Below, one piece after another: positions 53,158-59,384 of a stretch of 59,384 nucleotides of DNA. The notes beneath the pieces were generated by a model. The model did not search any database and was not told the DNA's origin. It worked only from the letters and a program-made list of their open reading frames with translations. The stretch covers positions 134,375 to 193,758 of the forward strand of contig JBGSSJ010000014.1 in assembly GCA_041737125.1 (NCBI GenBank), in the 5' to 3' direction. The stretch's first letter is position 1. The number at the start of each line of letters is the position of its first letter. The translations under genes and the position numbers were made by a program. Origin of the DNA: Minisyncoccia bacterium. Its GTDB lineage: Bacteria > Patescibacteriota > Minisyncoccia > Phycocordibacterales > UBA9973.

Positions 53158-54045
53158 ATGTCATTTTTTACGAAAAAGAAAATACTAGTCACACATAACG
53201 GAGCTTTCCATGCTGACGACCTTTTTGCTACTGCCACGCTCTCCATTCTGAATAACGGCAATATTAAAATCATCCGCACTCGTGATGAAGATGTCATTAA
53301 GACAGGCGATTATGTCTACGATGTAGGAGGCGAACATGATCCGGAAAGGAATAGATTCGATCATCATCAGAAAGGTGGTGCAGGCACACGCGATAATGGA
53401 GTACCTTATGCTGCATTTGGATTAGTCTGGGCGAAGTATGGCGAGCAAATTTGTGGTAGCAAAGAGGCCTCAATGAAAATAGATGAAGAATTGGTACAAG
53501 CTATAGACGCTCATGACAACGGATTAAATACATACAAGACAGAAGGAGCAGTCGGCCCATATATTATCGAAAGTTTATTCACTGCATTCCGACCTACATG
53601 GAAAGAAGAAGAGGATTATGATACTCCATTTGTAAAACTCGTTCCTTTCGTTCGCGAATTTCTAGAGAGAAGAATTAAAAAGACTAAAGACGCACTCGAA
53701 GCTGAATCTTTTGTAAGAAAAGATTATGAAGATGCGAAAGATAAAAGATTGATTATTATAGATGGTAATTATCCTTGGAATGACATTCTTATGGAATACG
53801 AGGAGCCTTTGTTTGTAGTTTGGCAGAGAGCAAATCTCTGGAGAGTGGGTTGTGTTCGTAAAGAACATAATTCATTTGATAATAGGAAATCACTACCTAT
53901 AGAGTGGGCAGGTCTTAGTGGTGAAGATATGGCTCGTGTAAGTGGTGTACCTGATGCCACATTCTGCCATAATGGCAGGTTCTTAGCTGTAGCTAAATCC
54001 AAAGAAGGAGCAATCAAGCTTGCTCAAATAGCACTTAGCAGTTAG
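53158..54045 (+). CDS. MYG1 family (UPF0160) metal-dependent protein
   Basis: THNGAFHADD, YDVGGEHDPERNRFDHHQ. Confidence 0.85.
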   Translation: MSFFTKKKILVTHNGAFHADDLFATATLSILNNGNIKIIRTRDEDVIKTGDYVYDVGGEHDPERNRFDHHQKGGAGTRDNGVPYAAFGLVWAKYGEQICGSKEASMKIDEELVQAIDAHDNGLNTYKTEGAVGPYIIESLFTAFRPTWKEEEDYDTPFVKLVPFVREFLERRIKKTKDALEAESFVRKDYEDAKDKRLIIIDGNYPWNDILMEYEEPLFVVWQRANLWRVGCVRKEHNSFDNRKSLPIEWAGLSGEDMARVSGVPDATFCHNGRFLAVAKSKEGAIKLAQIALSS

Positions 54046-54055
54046 CTCTTAGCAC
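54028..54055 (-). repeat. (NNGCTAA)x4 heptamer array, inverted orientation; contains the MYG1 stop codon
   Basis: On the + strand it reads ATAGCAC TTAGCAG TTAGCTC TTAGCAC. Confidence 0.8.
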
Positions 54056-54065
54056 TTCAAAATAT

Positions 54066-54428
54066 ATGATAGGAGATTATAAAAAACTTCAAATATGGGA
54101 AAAATCGATGGTTTTTGTAACGGATATTTATAAAATTACAAATGATTTTCCTAAAGATGAAATTTATGGAATTACTTCCCAGGTTAGAAGAGCTGTCGTT
54201 TCTATTCCCGCAAACATAGCAGAAGGTAAATTAAGAGGTACAGATCCAGAATTTAAACATTTCTTACTTATTGCTTTTGGGTCTGGTGGTGAGTTAGAAA
54301 CCCACTTAGAAATTGCTAAAAGACTAGGTTATATTGACGAAATAAGGTATAAAAGATTAATAAATGATCTCTCTGAGATTATGAAGATGTTGAATTCATT
54401 AATTAATAAGCTAAAAGCCAAAAGCTAA
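54066..54428 (+). CDS. four-helix-bundle protein (23S rRNA intervening-sequence protein family)
   Basis: YKKLQIWEKS...ITSQVRRAVVSIPANIAEG...FGSGGELETHLEIAKRLGYI. Confidence 0.85.
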   Translation: MIGDYKKLQIWEKSMVFVTDIYKITNDFPKDEIYGITSQVRRAVVSIPANIAEGKLRGTDPEFKHFLLIAFGSGGELETHLEIAKRLGYIDEIRYKRLINDLSEIMKMLNSLINKLKAKS

Positions 54429-54435
54429 TTGCTAA
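54408..54435 (+). repeat. (NNGCTAA)x4 heptamer array; contains the four-helix-bundle stop codon
   Basis: AAGCTAA AAGCCAA AAGCTAA TTGCTAA. Confidence 0.8.
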
Positions 54436-54445
54436 AATCTACCCC

Positions 54446-55414
54446 ATGTTTATAGACGAAATTACAATTCATGCACAAGCAGGCCACGGTGGAGACGGGG
54501 TTGTTCGTTGGCGTCGCGAGAAGTTCATAGACAAAGGAGGTCCGAATGGTGGAGATGGCGGACGCGGGGGCAGTGTTATAGCTCTGGCAGTGTCAGACAT
54601 CAATTTACTTTCCAAATACAAGCACATGAAGGAGTTCCGGGCTTTTCGTGGTGAGGATGGTATGGGTGGTAGCAAGCACGGTAAAGATGGCAAGGATTTG
54701 ATTATAGAGCTCCCTGTGGGGTCTATTATCATGAATGTAGAGAATGGCGCCTCTGTGTCCTTGGATAAACCAGGACAGAAAGAATTACTCCTCAAAGGTG
54801 GACTTGGTGGCTGGGGTAATGAGCAATTCAAGACTTCTATAAATACGACTCCAACGAAAGCTACGAAAGGAAAACTCGGTGAGCAAGGACATTTTAAAAT
54901 TGAGCTCGAACTCTTTGCTGATATCGGATTGATAGGATTACCTAATGCTGGGAAAAGCTCACTACTAAATGCTGTTACAAATGCTCATGCGAAAATTGGT
55001 AGCTATCAGTTCACAACTCTTGATCCGAACCTGGGCGACTTCTATGGTAATATTATTGCCGATATTCCAGGACTTATCGAAGGTGCATCTGAAGGGAAAG
55101 GCTTGGGTATCAAATTCCTCAAGCATATAAAGCGCACCTCCACTCTTGCACACCTAGTGTCGCTTGAGAATGAGAAGCCGATGGCAGTGTACAAACAGAT
55201 TCGCAAAGAACTTGGTGCCTACGATAAGACACTACTTTTGAAAGATGAAATAATAGTTCTAACGAAGACAGATATGGTAGACCAGAAGACAATAGACAAG
55301 AGAGTGAAAGAATTCGAGAAGCTAGGCAACCCAGTTATGACACTATCTCTCTATGACGACAAATCTATAAAATCATTTATGAAAGAATTAGCGAAGTTAC
55401 TGAAAAATAAATAA
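54446..55414 (+). CDS. obg: GTPase Obg/CgtA
   Basis: Gly-rich Obg fold (GGDGGRGG), GLPNAGKSSLL, DIPGLIEGA. Confidence 0.95.
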   Translation: MFIDEITIHAQAGHGGDGVVRWRREKFIDKGGPNGGDGGRGGSVIALAVSDINLLSKYKHMKEFRAFRGEDGMGGSKHGKDGKDLIIELPVGSIIMNVENGASVSLDKPGQKELLLKGGLGGWGNEQFKTSINTTPTKATKGKLGEQGHFKIELELFADIGLIGLPNAGKSSLLNAVTNAHAKIGSYQFTTLDPNLGDFYGNIIADIPGLIEGASEGKGLGIKFLKHIKRTSTLAHLVSLENEKPMAVYKQIRKELGAYDKTLLLKDEIIVLTKTDMVDQKTIDKRVKEFEKLGNPVMTLSLYDDKSIKSFMKELAKLLKNK

Positions 55415-55442
55415 AGAGCATTTACCGGGGTAAATGCTCTTT
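55413..55442 (+). terminator. terminator AAAGAGCATTTACC-GG-GGTAAATGCTCTTT
   Basis: 14-bp stem. Confidence 0.8.
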
Positions 55443-55465
55443 AGAAGTTGGTCGTTGATGTTCGA

Positions 55466-55846
55466 TTATTTTTTCCTTGCGTTTATTAGACACCAGGAAA
55501 CTTCACGACCTACAACCATTCTTCCTCTCGTGTTAGAAAAAAAATAATCAGGCCTGATCTCACCTCTGGTAATCTTTAATTCAAAATTCTTGCCGTATTC
55601 CTCAGCCAGTTTTTTGCAATAATTAAATACTCGCAATTTCTGGCTGTCTTTCAAGGTTTCGGGATTTAAGGGGATTTCTCCTGTAAAATGATTTGAAGAA
55701 TTGTAGGTCACTTTTACTATGCGAAAGTGCACAGCAATTGTCAGGTTCCCTCCTCTAGTTGAACCCCATATAATAGATGGAGAACTAAACAGGGCGAGGG
55801 TATAACCCCCATTTTTTTCGTTTTTCGAATCGGTTTTTAGATGCAT
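55466..55846 (-). CDS. hypothetical protein (126 aa)
   Basis: ORF with an upstream TTGACA-16-TAGAAT (55870-55897). Confidence 0.45.
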   Translation of the reverse strand: MHLKTDSKNEKNGGYTLALFSSPSIIWGSTRGGNLTIAVHFRIVKVTYNSSNHFTGEIPLNPETLKDSQKLRVFNYCKKLAEEYGKNFELKITRGEIRPDYFFSNTRGRMVVGREVSWCLINARKK

Positions 55847-55982
55847 CGTACAAATTTTTGGTTATGTCAATTCTATAATATAATTATATTTTGTCAAGGA
55901 TAAGTTATACCACTCTCAACTTTTAATCCCACTATCGTATTATGGAGAAAGTTTTAGAAAAAAATGAGTAAAATAGTTAGCT

Positions 55983-56011
55983 TTGACTTTGAGGTGCTAA
56001 TTATATAGAAT
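55983..56011 (+). promoter_or_regulatory. promoter TTGACT-17-TAGAAT, 7 nt before ATG 56019
   Basis: Consensus boxes and spacing. Confidence 0.55.
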
Positions 56012-56018
56012 TTAATAT

Positions 56019-56708
56019 ATGGTAATGACAATGGATCATAAATTTTCTAAAGAGGAAGTAGACCTTACGAAACTCGAAAAGTTGGAGGTGACTGAAGGTG
56101 GGAAGGGAATCCCTGAATCACTAGAAGTAAAGGGAAAAATAGAAGCACCACAGAATACACCATCTTCACAAGACTTAGATAACAAAAAGTTTGATTCACT
56201 TACAAAGAGGCTAGATAATTTAAATAATATAGAAAATGTAAGAAAGGAATTGGGTCTCGATGAGTTAAAGAAAGAAACAACAGATATTATTGCTCGACAG
56301 AAGATGAAGATTCAGGAAGAGATGACAGGTATGAAACAGCAAACGACAGAGACAAAACAGGGAGATTTAGAAAATAATGTTCCTGTTCCACCAGCTGAAG
56401 TTTCTAATCCAATAAAGAATATAGAAAGCAAAGAAGCGGAACCATTTGATATTAAGAAAGTTTATAATGCTCTAGGGGATATGCTTGCTGTATTTAGTAG
56501 AAGGCCTGATATTATACCTAACAGTTCGTTGGGTGCACTGTCGGAACTACATGATTTCATGACAAAAAAAATAATTGGTGAAGATCCAAATAAGGTAGGA
56601 GAGAAAGTTAATCTTGATTTTGTAAATCCAGATGAGATAAATAAAGAAATGATAGAAAAATTAAAGACAGCAATGGATTCTCTGGTTATTACTGATACAG
56701 GAGGTTAG
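56019..56708 (+). CDS. hypothetical acidic protein, upstream part (ends at an in-frame TAG)
   Basis: ORF; leaderless-type promoter. Confidence 0.55.
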   Translation: MVMTMDHKFSKEEVDLTKLEKLEVTEGGKGIPESLEVKGKIEAPQNTPSSQDLDNKKFDSLTKRLDNLNNIENVRKELGLDELKKETTDIIARQKMKIQEEMTGMKQQTTETKQGDLENNVPVPPAEVSNPIKNIESKEAEPFDIKKVYNALGDMLAVFSRRPDIIPNSSLGALSELHDFMTKKIIGEDPNKVGEKVNLDFVNPDEINKEMIEKLKTAMDSLVITDTGG

Positions 56709-56744
56709 CAGATTAATGGTTCACAAGAAGAATACGCTAGAGAT

Positions 56745-56936
56745 ATGGAAGATATAAGAAATGTTATGGGTGCTATGTCAGGTGAGCTTGGACCACTTAC
56801 AGAGGCACTTAAAAAAGGTAATGAATATACTGATTTAGTTGGTCCCCTAGAGACTGCTACACAAAAGACGAATAATCTTGCAGGATTCTTTGACGGAAAA
56901 GCTAAAACATTTAGAGAGTATATGGGGCAGAATTAA
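56745..56936 (+). CDS. same-frame continuation ORF (63 aa) after the TAG
   Basis: Same frame as 56019-56708, with no other stop between 56709 and 56744. Confidence 0.4.
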   Translation: MEDIRNVMGAMSGELGPLTEALKKGNEYTDLVGPLETATQKTNNLAGFFDGKAKTFREYMGQN

Positions 56937-56948
56937 AGGTTAGATTTA

Positions 56949-57128
56949 TTAAAAATTAAAAAAATCTTCAATCATCACCCCCAATATAATTGCAGGAATA
57001 AATAATAAGATACTTATTAAAGTGGCAAGGATTTTCTTACCCCATGTTTTTTGGCGTAATAAAATATCAGTCCACCATAGGTTTATAATTATAGAAATAA
57101 TAAAGACTATTATCTTTAAAGTCATCAT
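56949..57128 (-). CDS. small two-TM membrane protein (59 aa), below the ORF-track cutoff
   Basis: MMTLKIIVFIISIIINLWW...ILATLISILLFIPAIILGVMI; preceded by TTGACT-16-TAAAAT-7-ATG. Confidence 0.45.
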   Translation of the reverse strand: MMTLKIIVFIISIIINLWWTDILLRQKTWGKKILATLISILLFIPAIILGVMIEDFFNF

Positions 57129-57135
57129 AAATTAT

Positions 57136-57163
57136 ATTTTAATATATCAAAAAATCCAGTCAA
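57136..57163 (-). promoter_or_regulatory. promoter TTGACT-16-TAAAAT, 7 nt before ATG 57128
   Basis: Consensus boxes and spacing. Confidence 0.5.
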
Positions 57164-57183
57164 GGCATCTAGGGTATTTTTTG

Positions 57184-57256
57184 TGCCCTCGGTAGGAATC
57201 GAACCTACGACCATCTCCTTAAGAGGGAGCTGCTCTACCAACTGAGCTACGAAGGC
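57184..57256 (-). tRNA. tRNA-Lys (CUU)
   Basis: GCCTTCG acceptor, loop CTCTTAA, GTAGG-TTCGATT-CCTAC. Confidence 0.9.
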
Positions 57257-57299
57257 AAAAATAAAACAATATTTTAAACTGTACTATATAACTAATCAG

Positions 57300-57330
57300 A
57301 TCTGTTATCCACCCAAACAGCTACGAAGGC
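57300..57330 (-). repeat. decayed tRNA-Lys 5' fragment, repeat unit 1
   Basis: GCCTTCGTAGCTG matches tRNA nt 1-12; unit ATCTGTTATCCACCCAAACAGCTACGAAGGC. Confidence 0.7.
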
Positions 57331-57373
57331 GTATTGAACTTTATCTTACTTTATTACATTAAATGATTACCCA

Positions 57374-57404
57374 ATCTGTTATCTATCAAAACAGCTACAA
57401 AGGG
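57374..57404 (-). repeat. decayed tRNA-Lys 5' fragment, repeat unit 2 (74 nt from unit 1)
   Basis: ATCTGTTATCTATCAAAACAGCTACAAAGGG. Confidence 0.65.
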
Positions 57405-57464
57405 TAAACATGAACAATTTAAAAACTATGTCATTATTGCAGATAAAAAGACTTTTGTAAATGT

Positions 57465-58193
57465 TTAATTTTGCTTATGAATCTTCTTTATATAGATTAG
57501 TACGATCATTTCTTCAAATGCTACAAGGAAACCCAAAGCTGTGTTTATAGTATGAAGGACAGAAAATCTTAATGTTTTTAAGGTGTTTATTTTATTAGCT
57601 TCATAGATTATCTTCTCATAATATTTGTAAGAAGAAGTACTGTTTTCTTTTGCATGATTTCTAAATTTTAAAATATCATTTTCGAATCCTCTTGAGATAG
57701 CTACATTGTTTGTATTCTTCTCTAATCTTTGAATGAAATCTTTAGAGAAACAGAACATATATGAAAGACCAAGAAGCTCAGTGGCACTTCTTTTTGTATA
57801 ATCCAGAGCATGAGCCATTTCATGAGCAAGTATTCCTTTTTGCTCCTCTCTCGATAGTGAATAGAATGGGATAGGTGTATTCTTGTTTGTATTTATCACA
57901 ATTGGGATTACTCTGTCTTTTCTCTTGTTTAATAAAGAAAGTAATGGAGGGTAAGAACGAAGAGTATGCTGAATTCCATAGAACTTATTTTCTATAACGA
58001 TAATATATGTGTCTTTTAACTCCGGATAGTAGACAATAGTTTCATAAAAAAGTTGCTCTAAGTGCTTAGGTACTACTTTATTCTTACCAAAAATCTTTTT
58101 TATTTCTTCTGTACCACTTGGGTGTTTGTTTTCAATGGGGATTTCCCAAAGTTGAATTTTATAACGAAAAGGGTTTGGAATTTTATAAATCAT
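57465..58193 (-). CDS. putative zinc metalloprotease (HExxH)
   Basis: GILAHEMAHALDY motif; the rest is unrecognised. Confidence 0.55.
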   Translation of the reverse strand: MIYKIPNPFRYKIQLWEIPIENKHPSGTEEIKKIFGKNKVVPKHLEQLFYETIVYYPELKDTYIIVIENKFYGIQHTLRSYPPLLSLLNKRKDRVIPIVINTNKNTPIPFYSLSREEQKGILAHEMAHALDYTKRSATELLGLSYMFCFSKDFIQRLEKNTNNVAISRGFENDILKFRNHAKENSTSSYKYYEKIIYEANKINTLKTLRFSVLHTINTALGFLVAFEEMIVLIYIKKIHKQN

Positions 58194-58255
58194 GAGTGCT
58201 TATAATAACATAATTTTAAACCCTAAAAAAGTATTGGATTTTAAAATTATAGGAG

Positions 58256-58261
58256 TATAAT
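58256..58261 (+). promoter_or_regulatory. -10 TATAAT, 7 nt before ATG 58269
   Basis: Sequence match and spacing. Confidence 0.4.
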
Positions 58262-58268
58262 TATTGTT

Positions 58269-58703
58269 ATGAGTGATCATAGCCCACATTTCAATCCAAA
58301 CTTTATAGAACACAATAAAGAAATTCCCCATAAAGATCCGGAAGATCAAAATTTTAGAAATATTGGAATACATAAAGTCCCCACTAATGAATATTTAGAA
58401 AAAATAAAAAATGAAGATTTTGATAGATATCTCGAATGGGCTAATCTTATTTCTGAACTTGAAGAACAAGAACAATATAAAGATCACCTAGAATTAATTC
58501 TTAATGATTTGGATCAAAAATATCCTGATGCTAAATTAAACCCTTCTCTGGTGGGGTATAAAGGGAACGGAATTTATACTTTCAAAGGTGAGCAAATCAG
58601 CCTTAAGCAATTAGAGGATGAATTTCTAAAATTAGATGAATTATATAAAAAACCGGAAGGTAAATTCGAACGAATACAATCTTATGGTCGGGGGCAAGAT
58701 TAA
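58269..58703 (+). CDS. hypothetical acidic protein (144 aa)
   Basis: ORF only. Confidence 0.45.
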   Translation: MSDHSPHFNPNFIEHNKEIPHKDPEDQNFRNIGIHKVPTNEYLEKIKNEDFDRYLEWANLISELEEQEQYKDHLELILNDLDQKYPDAKLNPSLVGYKGNGIYTFKGEQISLKQLEDEFLKLDELYKKPEGKFERIQSYGRGQD

Positions 58704-58721
58704 TCTATTAAAACCCTTATT

Positions 58722-58756
58722 TTGCTAGGGGCTAAGAGCTAATTGCTAATAGCTGT
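58722..58756 (+). repeat. solo (NNGCTAA)x5 heptamer array
   Basis: TTGCTAG GGGCTAA GAGCTAA TTGCTAA TAGCTGT. Confidence 0.75.
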
Positions 58757-58763
58757 CTATCGC

Positions 58764-58791
58764 TTGACTTCTTTTCTTATATGTATATAAT
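58764..58791 (+). promoter_or_regulatory. candidate rRNA promoter P1, TTGACT-16-TATAAT
   Basis: Consensus boxes upstream of the 16S gene. Confidence 0.55.
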
Positions 58792-58831
58792 AGGAGTCAC
58801 GGCTTGGTTAATTCCAGTCGTTTTAATTTCC

Positions 58832-58861
58832 TTGACATAAGAATAGGTATGCAATCATAAT
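58832..58861 (+). promoter_or_regulatory. candidate rRNA promoter P2, TTGACA-18-CATAAT
   Basis: Consensus-like boxes. Confidence 0.4.
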
Positions 58862-58997
58862 TAAAGTCCTATGCAAATAGGCTAGCTAAACTCGTGCTAA
58901 TCACAATGAGTTTGGTGAAGAAAGTCTCTACGAGTGCAATCGTGGAGCAGTCAGTTAATGGAAGCATTAGATATTTTTTCTTTTGTTCCGTTCTATT

Positions 58998-59384
<387 letters not shown>

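Noticed and set aside
54028-54435. Possibility that the heptamer arrays (GCTAA or ATTACGA types) are CRISPR arrays
   Set aside because: The units are 7 nt and contiguous without spacers, arrays are under 40 nt, and there are no cas genes.

Overview
AT-rich, gene-dense chromosomal segment that looks like a Candidate Phyla Radiation (Patescibacteria/Parcubacteria-like) bacterium. Supporting signs are short housekeeping genes, a short IF-2, almost no Shine-Dalgarno sites, and a 16S 5' domain reading CCTACGGGTGGCTGCAG at the universal 341F primer site. The content is mostly core. There are five aminoacyl-tRNA ligases (argS fragment, ileS, glyQS, metG, serS) and rpsF-ssb-rpsR. There is also DUF4446-infB-rbfA, recO, topA, dprA, dnaX, parB, rmuC, clpB, RNase J, Rel/SpoT, obg, secG and a cysteine desulfurase. 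Five tRNAs (Leu, Cys, Tyr, Gln, Lys) and the start of an rRNA operon complete it. No CRISPR array, transposase, integrase or classical defence operon is visible. The unusual material is small-scale. (1) IleRS carries a complete histidine-phosphatase domain inside its catalytic core. (2) Short repeat families colonise coding and non-coding DNA: ATTACGA heptamer arrays, NNGCTAA heptamer arrays bracketing a four-helix-bundle gene, and a CCTGCC..GGCAGG hairpin. (3) A GIY-YIG cassette sits in a duplicated tRNA-Leu gene. (4) Two paralogous ~90-100 nt structured elements, with a covarying closing helix and a variable apex, lie next to the class II tRNAs Leu and Tyr. (5) A tRNA-Gln-like structured tail and decayed tRNA-Lys 5' fragments are present. 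(6) An ileS T-box appears to sequester the start codon. (7) Promoters sit so that many first genes would be leaderless. (8) Recoding or pseudogene candidates include an A8 tract and an in-frame TAG. All functional calls come from motif recognition by eye; no searches were run.
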